From contig CAVYZR010000007.1 of NCBI GenBank assembly GCA_963773005.1, positions 31,891 through 95,890 of the forward strand: 64,000 bases of DNA. Reading direction: 5' to 3'. Every line of letters begins with the position of its first letter. Position 1 is the first letter of the stretch. Positions 9,064-18,569 of this stretch are shown piece after piece. Made by a program: the position numbers and the translations under genes. The stretch is from an uncultured Acidobacteriota bacterium. Lineage in GTDB: Bacteria; Acidobacteriota; Vicinamibacteria; Vicinamibacterales; 2-12-FULL-66-21. Under the pieces are notes generated by a model. It did no database searches, was not told the origin of the DNA, and worked only from the letters and a program-made list of their open reading frames with translations.

Positions 9064-9349
9064 GGCACGCGAAGTCGTCGGCGCGCGAGAACTGAAGACC
9101 CGCCTCGGGACATACCTCCAGCGAGTTCGAGAGGGCCGAACCATGGTCGTCACCGACCGTGGTGAGCCTGTCGCCGAACTGCGACCGCTACCCTCGGACG
9201 GATCTTTACCCTCGGCGCTTCTCAGGCTGTCAACGAAGGGGACCGTGACGCTGCCGACCCGTGACCGTCTGCCGGCGTTCAGACCAATCCGTAGCCGCGG
9301 AGCATCGGTGGCCGACGCCGTCGGCGAGGATCGAGAGGATCGGTTCTGA
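9062..9349 (+). CDS. Type II antitoxin, Phd/YefM family
   Basis: MAREVVGARELKTRLGTYLQRVREGRTMVVTDRGEPVAELRPLP is the canonical Phd/YefM N-terminus. The ATG at 9062 lies inside track ORF 8918..9349. Confidence 0.8.
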   Translation: MAREVVGARELKTRLGTYLQRVREGRTMVVTDRGEPVAELRPLPSDGSLPSALLRLSTKGTVTLPTRDRLPAFRPIRSRGASVADAVGEDREDRF

Positions 9350-9774
9350 TTCGCTACTTCGACGCCAGCGCCTTGGCAAAGCGCTACGTCCAGGAACCGG
9401 GCAGCGCCAGTGTTCGTCGGCAGCTGAGAACGGGTCGCATTGCGACGAGCCGACTATCTGCAATTGAAGTTGCCTCGGCCCTTGCCCGGCGCGAACGCGA
9501 AGGAGCGTTCACTGCAGTCGAGCGCGATCGTGGGCTGAAGAGGCTCAACGCCGATCTTGCCGCCTGGATTCTCGTGGAACTCACGGCGGAGCTGACCGCC
9601 GACGCTCAAACGCTGCTCGTCCGGCACAGCCTACGGTCAGGCGATGCGGTGCAGCTCGCCAGCTGCTTGTACCTGCAGCGCGAGACCGGCGAACGGATCT
9701 CGTTCGCCGCGTTCGACGATCGTCTCGCCACGGCCGCGCGTGCTGAAGGATTGACGCTCGTTTCCTTTTCTTAG
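9346..9774 (+). CDS. vapC: PIN-domain toxin VapC
   Basis: (L)IRYFDASALAKRYVQE... has the acidic PIN residues (FDAS, IEVAS, SGDAVQ, FDDRL). The usual ATGA stop/start overlap reads CTGA here, so the start is CTG at 9346 or the gene is start-defective. The track ORF begins at an internal TTG (9373). Confidence 0.75.
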   Translation: MIRYFDASALAKRYVQEPGSASVRRQLRTGRIATSRLSAIEVASALARREREGAFTAVERDRGLKRLNADLAAWILVELTAELTADAQTLLVRHSLRSGDAVQLASCLYLQRETGERISFAAFDDRLATAARAEGLTLVSFS

Positions 9775-10558
9775 AGTGGCGATCACGATGAACGAGAGGC
9801 GGAAGGCATCTCGACGCGAAACTCTGCATGGCTCTTTTACGTGCTCATGCTTCCTCGACTCACATACTGAGGCGGGCATAGTGGAAGGCAGTCTGCGCAA
9901 ACGTCGCAGCTAGGTCGGTGTGGCGCTGCGCGTCGCCGTCGGACACGGCACGCCTCGCCTTGTTGATCTCCCGCACCGTTCTCTTCCGTACTCTACGGCG
10001 ACCCTGCGTTGTCGTTCTTGGGTGTCGGTCAAACTGAACGGATCGGGCGTGAACGATTCGTACGACACGGGGGTCATACCCGGCTCGGAAGCAGGCTCGC
10101 GCTGCTTGCAGACGGAGCGAGGCTGGGATCCCATCCTCGCTCCCACTAAGGAAGAGGAATACTCTAAGCGGCTCGGCTAACGAGCAGCGTGCTCTGTAGG
10201 CTGTATGAAAGCGTTCGCGTGGCCGACCACGGGCGGCGAATCGTTGGCGAACGGATCGACTTTCTCGATACCCACAACCAACCAAAACGGCGTTGCCGAC
10301 GAGCACAGAAGTCGGTCCCTCGCCCGAGTTCGCCCCGGATTCTAGCGAATTCGGCAAACGCCTTCTGCCAACCGTCCGCTCGATGACGTCGCACGTCGAA
10401 GAGCTTGAGGTCCTCGAAACCTCCTCCCTTTCCCGTTGAACGTAGCAAAACGCTAGAGAAACGCGCCGATCAGCTTGAAACTCGGGACCAATTGGGAACA
10501 AACCGCCAGCCGCCGCTAGTGCAGCGTTGGAACAAACGGTTAAATTTGTTGAGAAATT

Positions 10559-10632
<74 letters not shown>

Positions 10633-10830
10633 GTCAGGAAGCCCGACTGATGATTGTGTTACAGGATGAACGCCGAGTCTAGGGGCGACAACAGCGGACT
10701 TCGCAGACGAAGACGACTCGGAGAAGATTCATGGCAAGTTCCGGCACCAAGCGTATTCATCCGCCCGGCCTAGATTACCCGAGCGCGAGGAGCGCAGCGG
10801 CGCTTTTGGCCGCGTAGCGAATCGCGCCAG

Positions 10831-10974
10831 GCGGGGTGCAGGGGACCCCCGCCGATCAAAAACTGGAGCGGGGCGCAGGGGACCCCGCCGATCAAAACTG
10901 GAGCGGGGCGCAGGGGACCCCGCCGATCAAAACTGGAGCGGGGCGCAGGGGACCCCGCCGATCAAAATTGGAGC
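10831..10974. repeat. Tandem 35-nt repeat (~4 copies) merging with the 3-prime end of tRNA-Gly
   Basis: The unit ggggcgcaggggaccccgccgatcaaaactggagc recurs with period 35 (ggagc at 10865, 10900, 10935, 10970). Each unit ends with the tRNA acceptor 3-prime sequence CCCGCTCCA (minus strand). Confidence 0.9.
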
Positions 10975-11043
10975 GGGAAACGGGATTCGAACCCGCGACT
11001 TCGACCTTGGCAAGGTCGCACTCTACCACTGAGTTATTCCCGC
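10969..11043 (-). tRNA. tRNA-Gly (GCC)
   Basis: GCGGGAATAACTCAGTGGTAGAGTGCGACCTTGCCAAGGTCGAAGTCGCGGGTTCGAATCCCGTTTCCCGCTCCA. Cloverleaf checked by hand; anticodon loop TTGCCAA. Confidence 0.95.
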
Positions 11044-11136
11044 TCACTATTGCGCCACGGACCGCCCCCGGTGGACTGCCCGAAGACCTTAGAGTACCAC
11101 ACGGGCTCCGGTATCGGCAAGGCGACCACGGCCCGA

Positions 11137-11499
11137 CTACGCGTCGAAAGCATTTGGATAGACGGTGATAGCGGCTCCCTCCCCCACTCCGTCGATCGCA
11201 ACGACGTCGAATCGGCACGGGACGTCGGTCAGGCGGTGGCGCGCAAGATAGTCGGCGGCCATCGACACGAGCCGGCGCTGTTTGTGGGTGGTCACGGCCG
11301 CCGCAGCGGTCCCAAACTCGCCGGTCGCGCGCGCTTTGACCTCGACGAACACGGTCGTGTCGCCGTCACGCGCCACGATGTCGATTTCGCCATGCTTGGT
11401 GCGGTAGCGGCGCGCAAGAACTGCGTACCCGCGGCGCTCGAGTTCCGTGACCGCCAGATCCTCGCCACTTTTCCCAAATGTCTGCCGCTCGACCGTCAC
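11137..11499 (-). CDS. yraN: YraN-family (UPF0102) endonuclease-like protein
   Basis: GEDLAVTELERRGYAVLARRYRTKHGEIDIVARDGDTTVFVEVKAR... is the YraN signature. The GTG at 11499 overlaps the upstream stop as GTGA. Confidence 0.8.
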   Translation of the reverse strand: MTVERQTFGKSGEDLAVTELERRGYAVLARRYRTKHGEIDIVARDGDTTVFVEVKARATGEFGTAAAAVTTHKQRRLVSMAADYLARHRLTDVPCRFDVVAIDGVGEGAAITVYPNAFDA

Positions 11500-12998
11500 G
11501 AGGCTTCGGCAGGAGCAAATGGTGATCCGCCCCCGCCTCGCGCCGCCTGCTGGTGGACCATCCGCGCCCGAATCAGGTTGATCGCATCCTGGCCGAGAAA
11601 TGGCTTGCGCAGGAGAGGAATGTCGTAGCGCTCGCACATGTCCGCTTCGTCTGGCGAGAGCTCGGTGCCGGTCATCAGGATGATTTGCAGCCGCGGATCG
11701 CGCTCGCGCAACTCGAGCGCGAGTGACACCCCGTCGCCATCAGGCAAGACGACATCGAGCATCGCGAGGTCGGGGCGCCGGGCCGCCACTTCCTCGCGCG
11801 CCCGTGCGGCCGTACCGACACTGATCGCCTCGAGACCGGCGCCACTCAGGACGGTCTCCAACCAGCCGAGCAGCGCCGCGTTGTCGTCGAGCAGCAGCAC
11901 CCTCGGATCGGCCCGCGGCGGAGGCATCGACGACGCCGGAACATCGACCGGGGTCAGGCTCAGGGTGCCAGCATCGGCAGCGTCAATGACGACGCGGGTG
12001 CCGGGAACGATCTGAGCCGACGCCACGAGCGCCGCGAGCGGTTGCGTCAGCAGGCGGTGGATTGTCCGCTTGAGCTCGCGCGCACCGTACTGGGAACTGA
12101 CCCCGCGGCTCAGCAGCACGTCGCGCGCTGCCGGCGACACTTCAATCTCGAACGATCGATCGCCCAGCCGCGTGTGCACATGACGCTGTAGCTCGTCGAT
12201 GTGGTGGTCGAGGATCCTGGCAATCGCCTCGGCGTCGAGCGGCTGGTAGGTCACGACGACGTCGATGCGGTTGACGAACTCAGGAGAGAAGCGCTTGCGC
12301 ACCGCTCCGAGCCCGATCGTTTCGAGACGACCGGCGATTTGCGCCGGCGTCCGCTGGTCGCTCGACGAAAACCCAATGTCTGGAGCAACTTCCCTGGACA
12401 TCTCGCGCGCACCCAGGTTGCTCGTCAGAAAAATCAGCGTCCGCTCGAAGTTCACCACGGTGTTGTCGCCGAGGTTGAGCGTGCCTTTGTCGAGAATGCC
12501 GAGCATCAGGAGCGTCAGCGACGGCGCTGCCTTCTCCACTTCATCGAAGAGGACAAGCGACAGATCACATCCTGACGAGGCGACGGCGCTCAATCGCTCT
12601 TGCGTGAGGAGTGGCTTGGTCTCGCGGTGTCCGAGATAGCCTGGCGGCGCACCGATCAGCTTCGCGACCTCGTGATCCGATTGGAATTCTCCACAGTCCA
12701 CTTTGAGTACGGCCTTGGGCGACCCGTGAAGCACTTCCGCGAGCGCTTCGACCGTGCGGGTCTTCCCTGTGCCGGTGGGGCCGAGGAGCAGGAAGATTCC
12801 GGCAGGACGATCGGGAGGCGCGAGGCCAGCTTGATACATCTGCACGTAGGGCGCGATGTATTGCAGAGCTGCGGATTGGCCGACGATCTTGCGGTTCAGG
12901 AGGTCGACGAGCGTTTCACTCTGTCTGGTGTCGCCGATGGCGGCGTCCGACGACGGCGTGTGCACGCTCGACGCGTCCGGTCCGGCTGGCTCCGCCAT
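11496..12998 (-). CDS. ClpA/ClpB D2-type AAA+ ATPase fused to a C-terminal response-regulator receiver domain
   Basis: IVGQ..., Walker A GPTGTGKT, Walker B LVLFDEVEKA, FLTSNLG and the ClpB-D2-small-like region GARELKRTIHRLL. A receiver domain follows (LLLDDN, AMLDVVLPDGDG, ILMTG, LRKPF). Confidence 0.85.
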   Translation of the reverse strand: MAEPAGPDASSVHTPSSDAAIGDTRQSETLVDLLNRKIVGQSAALQYIAPYVQMYQAGLAPPDRPAGIFLLLGPTGTGKTRTVEALAEVLHGSPKAVLKVDCGEFQSDHEVAKLIGAPPGYLGHRETKPLLTQERLSAVASSGCDLSLVLFDEVEKAAPSLTLLMLGILDKGTLNLGDNTVVNFERTLIFLTSNLGAREMSREVAPDIGFSSSDQRTPAQIAGRLETIGLGAVRKRFSPEFVNRIDVVVTYQPLDAEAIARILDHHIDELQRHVHTRLGDRSFEIEVSPAARDVLLSRGVSSQYGARELKRTIHRLLTQPLAALVASAQIVPGTRVVIDAADAGTLSLTPVDVPASSMPPPRADPRVLLLDDNAALLGWLETVLSGAGLEAISVGTAARAREEVAARRPDLAMLDVVLPDGDGVSLALELRERDPRLQIILMTGTELSPDEADMCERYDIPLLRKPFLGQDAINLIRARMVHQQAARGGGGSPFAPAEAS

Positions 12999-13165
12999 TA
13001 CGACCGCTCCACAAAAAAAGTATAGCGCTGCACAGCCCCAGCTCAGCCACGATCCGAAAAAAGCGTAAGAATTCGATCAGAACTCTCGCGCGAGTTCCGT
13101 CGTCTCCGTGTGATATAACGAGCGCCTCTCCAAAGAACATCAGGGCACCTCACCAAGAAGTTCGC

Positions 13166-13462
13166 ATGCCACGGTTGCACATCGCACTCCAGGAAGGTTT
13201 CGCCGGCGATCCCGTCAGCATCAGCGTCGACGGACGCGAGATCTACCGCAAGGACAGCGTCCGGACGCGCACGCAGATCGGCCTCGCCGACTCGATCGAG
13301 ACCACGCACGACAAAGGCAGCGCTACGATCGAGATCCACGCCCGCGATTCTGCAGCAACGATCATGCCCACTCTTGACGGCGATCTGTTTCTCGCCGTGT
13401 CGCTCTCTCCAGACGGGCGCATCGTCCATCGATCGTCCACAGAGCCGTTCCGCTACATGTAG
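13166..13462 (+). CDS. Hypothetical 98-aa protein, first gene of the protease cassette
   Basis: MPRLHIALQEGFAGDPVSISVDGREIYRKDSVRTRTQIGLADS... has beta-rich composition. No family recognised. It lies 63 nt upstream of the protease start. Confidence 0.5.
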   Translation: MPRLHIALQEGFAGDPVSISVDGREIYRKDSVRTRTQIGLADSIETTHDKGSATIEIHARDSAATIMPTLDGDLFLAVSLSPDGRIVHRSSTEPFRYM

Positions 13463-13525
13463 GTGCCTCGAAAGCCCGGAAAGCAACGAGAGGTTGCGCC
13501 TCACAGAGTTGGATTGGAGGTCAGT

Positions 13526-15689
13526 ATGAAAGCCGACGACCCGAACACCCGCACCGATTCCAGCTCGGATCTCACGGAGGCGCTGCACCACGCCCGCCCT
13601 GCCAGTGGGCTCTACACCGCGTCAGGCAGTGCAATCGAGCGGGCCACTGCGCACGACGATGCCGACCTCGAGGCGGCAGGACCGGAGCTCGTTCCCGCAC
13701 TGAAGGGGGAAGAATTACGGCTCGACGTCGACGGACGCTATCCGCAGATGACCGCCAGCGGCACGATTCCGATCTCGCCGGTCGAGCGGTTGCATTGGAT
13801 TGCGACCCTCCAGGCGACGGGATCCAATACCTACACCGGCGGCATCTGGTACAAGGATCCCGCTGTCACGCCATTCGCCTACACGACGGTCGATATCAAG
13901 ACGTCGAGCGCGCCTCTCGGTCGCAAGGCGAAAGTCGTCTTCAGCGGGCCCGGGCTCAAGCCACGCATCCGGATCTTCAAGTTCGTATCGCCGTACTTCC
14001 ACAAGGTCGAGGTCGAGTACGACAGCGAGAGCCCGATTGTGCCGGTGGTGCAGATCGACACCTGCGCGCACCCGAACCATCCGGCCACGCTTCCCTGCGA
14101 GAACCTGACGATTCGTCAGGTCTTCCAGCGCAGCGGCTTCGATACGTCAACCAGCCCGAACGCGAGCGCAGTTGGCGGCGCACCTGGCGGCACCTGGAGC
14201 GACATGGAAATGCACGACGCCATGATCGTCTACTGGTCGCGCTTCGCGAACCTTCCGCAGTGGGCGCTCTGGACGTTCTTCGCAGACCAGCACGAAACCG
14301 GCACCGGCCTTGGCGGGATCATGTTCGACGACATCGGCCCCAACCATCGTCAGGGCACGGCGCTGTTCTATAACTCGTTCATTTCGGACCCGCCGCCAAT
14401 CGGCGATCCGAATCCAGCCGCGTTCGTTGCCAGGAACCGCTTCTGGACCGCGGTGCACGAGATGGGCCACTCGTTCAACCTCGCGCACTCGTGGCAGAAG
14501 TCGCTCGGCGCGCCGTACGGCTCGCCGTGGATTCCGCTCATGGATGAACCGGAAGCTCGTAGCTTCATGAACTATCCCTACAACGTAGTCGGCGGCGAGG
14601 CGGCGTTCTACGCAGACTTCGAGTACCGGTTCACGGACCAGGAACTCCTCTTCATGCGCCACGCCCCTGAGCGGTTCGTCCGCATGGGTGACGCGGCCTG
14701 GTTCGACCACCACGGATTCGAGCAGTCGCGCGCCATGCAAGCGCCGCCGCTCGCCCTCGAGATCCGCGTCAATCGCCCGATGCCGGTCTTCGAGTTCCTC
14801 GAACCGGTCGTCGTTGAATTGAAGCTCCAGAACATCTCGACGATGCCGCAGGTCGTCGACGAGAACATCCTCACCACGCTCGACGGCATCACGATCGCCT
14901 TGAAGCGCCAGGGCTCTCCGGCGCGGCAGTTCCTGCCCTTCGCGCAGTACCTGCATGAAGTCGGCGGCGAAGGTGCTGCAGCCGAAGGAAGCGATCTACT
15001 CGTCGGTCTACGTGACGGCCGGACTGAACGGCGTCGACGTCTCCGAACCGGGACGGTACCTCCTGCAGGCGGCGATGCATACGCCCCAGGGGGACATCGT
15101 CTCGAAGCCGTTCACGCTGCGCGTGGCGACCCCGAAAGGGATGGAAGAAGAAGTCGTCGCGCAGGACTTCTTCACCGACAAAGTCAGCCGGGTGCTTGCG
15201 TTCGACGGCAGCCGCGTCCTGCCTCAGGCCAACAAGGTGCTCCGTGACGTCGTCGAGCGGTTGCCCGATCGCCGGGTCGCCAGGCACGCGCGAATTCCGC
15301 TCGGTCTGGCGCTCGCCGAGCCAGCCAAAGTGCTGACGATCGGCGCCGGCGCGTCAGCGGGAGCCGCGGCCACCAAGAAGGCCTTCAAGGTGGAGGCGGC
15401 ACAGCCTCAGCGCGCGGAGTCGGAGTTGAAGGCAGCGCTCATGAACCACCCGGATGTTGCGGCCGAGTCACTCGGGCACGTCGACTACAAAGTGTACGTG
15501 GACGATCTGACATCCCTGCTCGAGGCACAGGGCGAAACCGAGGCAGCGGCGACCACGCAGGACACGCTCCACAAGATCATGGCGGCGAGAAACGTGCTGC
15601 CGAGCGTTCTCGCGGAGATCGACGAGCGGCGGCAGGGTCTGCGGACAGCCGCGCGCGGGCGCTCGAACAAGAAAGGAAGAGCGAAATAG
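13526..15689 (+). CDS. Large cytoplasmic metzincin-like zinc metalloprotease (HEMGHSFNLAH), interrupted by a +1 frameshift
   Basis: GGAGG RBS plus ATG at 13526. It has an HExxHxxxxxH motif. No signal peptide was seen. Track ORFs 13463..15247 and 14955..15689 join if one base is removed between about 14953 and 14975 (...PFAQYL / KVLQPKEAIYSSVYV...). Total length is 3n+1. Confidence 0.7.
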
Positions 15690-15708
15690 GTCCGGCTGAA
15701 GCCCGACA

Positions 15709-17040
15709 CTACGTCTGACGAGACGCCGCGCCGACGTCCGTCAGCGCGTCGTTGAGAACGGTCAGAACGCTGTCTGCCTGCGCCGACGTCAAGACCAGCG
15801 GGGGCGCCAGGCGGACGGCGTTCTTCCCTGCCCCGAGGATGAGCACGCCGCGCCGGAACATCGCCTGGACCAGCGCATTCCTCTCCTCGACGGCACGGGC
15901 CTTCGTGGCTCGATCCTTGACGAGCTCGATGCCGATCATCATGCCCTTGCCGCGAACGTCGCCGATAAGCGCATGCTTCTTCTGCAGATCGCGAATGCCG
16001 TCGATCAGGTATTCGCCGACGACCGCTGCATTGGCCACCAGCTGATCCTTCAGCAAACGAATCGTCGTTGTCGCCGCAGCGCAGGCGACAGGATTCCCGC
16101 CAAACGTGCTCGCGTGCGCGCCGGGCGGCCACGACATGACCTCCGCTCTGGCACATGCAACACCCAGCGGCAGCCCCGAAGCGATGCCTTTTGCGACGGT
16201 CACGATGTCGCCCTTGAGCCCGACGTGATCCGACGCGAACATCTTGCCGGTCCGGCCCATGCCAGATTGCACTTCGTCGACCACGAGCAGGATGCCGTGC
16301 TTGCTCGTCAGCTCCCGCAGTCCCTGCAGGAAGGCCGGCGGCGCCACCAGATATCCGCCCTCCCCCTGGATGGGCTCGACGACGACGGATGAGACTTCGT
16401 CGGGAGAGACGAGATGGGTGAAGAGCTGATCTTCGATGTACGAAAGGCACTGAGCCGCGGCCGCATCGGCACCGCCGCCACGGTACGCATCCGGGTAATG
16501 CGCGTGATACACGCCAGGCATGAACGGGCCGAAGCCGCGACGCTGTATGGCTTTGCTCGCGGTAAGGGAGAGCGAACCCATCGTCCGCCCGTGAAACGCC
16601 CCGAGGAACGCGATGATTCCCGGACGTTTCGTGTGATAGCGCGCCAGCTTGATCGCGGCTTCCGTCGCCTCGGTGCCGGAATTCGCAAAAAACGTCCGGA
16701 CGTCCCCTTGAATCGGCACGATCGCGGCGAGCTCCTCGGCGAGCCGGACCTGCGGCTCGTAGTAGAAGTCCGTCCCGGACATGTGGATGAACTTCTGTGC
16801 CTGCTCGGTGATCGCCTTGACGACCTCGGGGTGGCTGACGCCGGTCGAATTCACGGCAATACCGGCGGCGCAGTCGAGAAACCGATTGCCGTCGACGTCC
16901 TCGACGACGGCGCCCTGGCCCCGGGCGATGACGAACGGATAGTCCCTGGTGTAGGACGGCGAGACGAACTTCCTGTCGCGTTCGATGATGGCCTTCGCGT
17001 TCGGGCCGGGAAGCGGCGTGCGGATTTCAGGCGCGTCCAT
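15709..17040 (-). CDS. Class-III PLP aminotransferase (GABA/acetylornithine aminotransferase family)
   Basis: 443 aa with typical motifs FANSGTEATEAAIKLAR, DEVQSGMGRTGKMFA, TFGGNP. Confidence 0.9.
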   Translation of the reverse strand: MDAPEIRTPLPGPNAKAIIERDRKFVSPSYTRDYPFVIARGQGAVVEDVDGNRFLDCAAGIAVNSTGVSHPEVVKAITEQAQKFIHMSGTDFYYEPQVRLAEELAAIVPIQGDVRTFFANSGTEATEAAIKLARYHTKRPGIIAFLGAFHGRTMGSLSLTASKAIQRRGFGPFMPGVYHAHYPDAYRGGGADAAAAQCLSYIEDQLFTHLVSPDEVSSVVVEPIQGEGGYLVAPPAFLQGLRELTSKHGILLVVDEVQSGMGRTGKMFASDHVGLKGDIVTVAKGIASGLPLGVACARAEVMSWPPGAHASTFGGNPVACAAATTTIRLLKDQLVANAAVVGEYLIDGIRDLQKKHALIGDVRGKGMMIGIELVKDRATKARAVEERNALVQAMFRRGVLILGAGKNAVRLAPPLVLTSAQADSVLTVLNDALTDVGAASRQT

Positions 17041-17051
17041 TCAACCGTTCC

Positions 17052-18479
17052 CTACTTCTTCTTCCACCGTGTCGTCGACCCGGTATCTTCGAGGATGATG
17101 CCGCGGGTTTCGAGGTCCTTGCGGATGCGATCCGCCTCGGCGAAGTTCCGCCCGGAGCGGGCCTCGCGCCTGGCGGTGATCAGCCGCTCGATCTCCTCGA
17201 CAGGAACTGGTGGCTGTTCGTCCTCAGCCCTGCGAAGCGCGAGTACACCGAGGACCTTGTCGAAGCGCTCGAAGGCGTCGCGGATCGCGGTTGCGTCGGT
17301 CGCGCCGATTTCGCCCGCGTCCATCGCCGTATTGAGCTCGCGGACCAGGTCGTAGATCACGCTAAGCGCGCCAGAAGTGTTCAAATCGGCAGCAATGTAA
17401 CCGCCGAATTCCTCCTGCGCCTTGGCGAGGCGCCCGGCAATCGACGCGTTCACAGCGCGGGCCGGTAGCGAGTCGAGGCGCGCCAGAAAATCGGTCAGCC
17501 GTCGAAGCGCCTCTTCCGACTGGGCCATCGCCTTCCACGAGAAGCGCAGCTGCTTTCGATAGTGAACACCGAGGTAGAGAAAGCGAAGCGCCGAGGGACG
17601 AAAGCCTTCGCTGACGACGTCCTGCAAGTTGTAGACGTTGCCGAGCGACTTCGACATCTTGTCGCTCTTGCCGCTCGGTTCCTCGATCATGAGGTGCTCG
17701 ACATGCACCCAGAATCGCGAGAACTGCTTGCCGGTCGCGCCCTCGCTCTGCGCGATCTCGTTCTCGTGATGCGGAAAAATCAGATCGACGCCGCCGGCGT
17801 GGATGTCGATCGGGGCCTCGCCGAGCAGACGAAGCGCCATCGCCGAGCACTCGATGTGCCACCCAGGCCGCCCCGGGCCGATCCCCGGATCCCACGTCGG
17901 CTCCCCCTCTTTCGTCGCCTTCCAGACTACGAAGTCGCGGGCGTTTTCCTTGTCGTACTTGTCGCTGTCGACGCGGGCGCCGCTCTTGATGCCGGCGTGG
18001 TCGAGCCGCGCCAGCTTCCCGTATTCCGGAAACGTCGCGATCTTGAAGTAGATGGAGCCGTCGCTGCGGTAGGTGTGGCCGCGTTCCTCGAGCGCGCGGA
18101 TCGTCTGCCCCATCGCCTCGATATTCGGTGGATCCGTGGCCCGCGGGCTTTCCTCGACGACCTCCAGCCCGAGCGCCGCTGCGTCCTCGCGATAGGCGTC
18201 GACGTAGCGGTCCGTGTACTCGCGCAACGGCACGCCGGCCTTCTGCGACTCGAGGATCGTCCGATCGTCGACGTCGGTGAAGTTCATGACGTGCCTGACG
18301 TTGAAGCCAGCCTGATACTTGAGCGCCCGGCGCAGGACATCGACGGCCACGAAGGTCCTGAAATTCCCGATGTGCCCCCTGGCGTAGGCGGTCAAGCCGC
18401 ACGAATACATGCGCACGAGGTTCTCTCGCACGGGCGCAAACGGCTCCTCACGGCGAGTCAGGGTGTTAAATATTCGCAA
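17052..18479 (-). CDS. cysS: Cysteine--tRNA ligase
   Basis: MRIFNTLTRREEPF...MYSCGLTAYARGHIGN (HIGH-like) and KMSKSLGN. TTG start at 18479. Confidence 0.95.
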   Translation of the reverse strand: MRIFNTLTRREEPFAPVRENLVRMYSCGLTAYARGHIGNFRTFVAVDVLRRALKYQAGFNVRHVMNFTDVDDRTILESQKAGVPLREYTDRYVDAYREDAAALGLEVVEESPRATDPPNIEAMGQTIRALEERGHTYRSDGSIYFKIATFPEYGKLARLDHAGIKSGARVDSDKYDKENARDFVVWKATKEGEPTWDPGIGPGRPGWHIECSAMALRLLGEAPIDIHAGGVDLIFPHHENEIAQSEGATGKQFSRFWVHVEHLMIEEPSGKSDKMSKSLGNVYNLQDVVSEGFRPSALRFLYLGVHYRKQLRFSWKAMAQSEEALRRLTDFLARLDSLPARAVNASIAGRLAKAQEEFGGYIAADLNTSGALSVIYDLVRELNTAMDAGEIGATDATAIRDAFERFDKVLGVLALRRAEDEQPPVPVEEIERLITARREARSGRNFAEADRIRKDLETRGIILEDTGSTTRWKKK

Positions 18480-18520
18480 TGCTGAATGCTGAGTGCTGAA
18501 TGATGAAGTGAAGGCTGAAG
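18480..18520 (-). repeat. TCAGCATTC-word element abutting the cysS start codon (second copy at 49416-49448)
   Basis: The minus strand reads cttcacttcatcattcagcactcagcattcagca-TTG. About 33 of 37 positions, including the TTG, match the kinase leader at 49416-49451. Confidence 0.7.
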
Positions 18521-18569
18521 TAGCGGCGGCACAGCTGACAAGGCTTTCGGCTACGCAACCGCACTGGAG

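Larger units (their letters stand above)
8885..10558. mobile_element. Remnant integrated element at tRNA-Cys carrying only a Phd/VapC module
   Basis: Bounded by the 45-nt direct repeats. GC is visibly lower at its right end. No integrase lies inside it. 9775-10558 has no convincing ORF. Confidence 0.6.

Noticed and set aside
10831-10974. Possible CRISPR array.
   Set aside because: The 35-nt units are directly adjacent with no unique spacers, so this is a plain tandem repeat. No cas genes are present in the window.
13148-13166. TGGCATG-N..-TTCTTGG on the minus strand, facing the AAA-REC gene, as a sigma-54 promoter.
   Set aside because: There is no GC dinucleotide at the required 10-nt spacing from GG.
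13463-13525. GTG at 13463 as the metalloprotease start, which would abut the stop of the 98-aa ORF.
   Set aside because: The ATG at 13526 has a GGAGG RBS at ideal spacing. The 21 extra codons (PRKPGKQREVAPHRVGLEVS) look non-coding.
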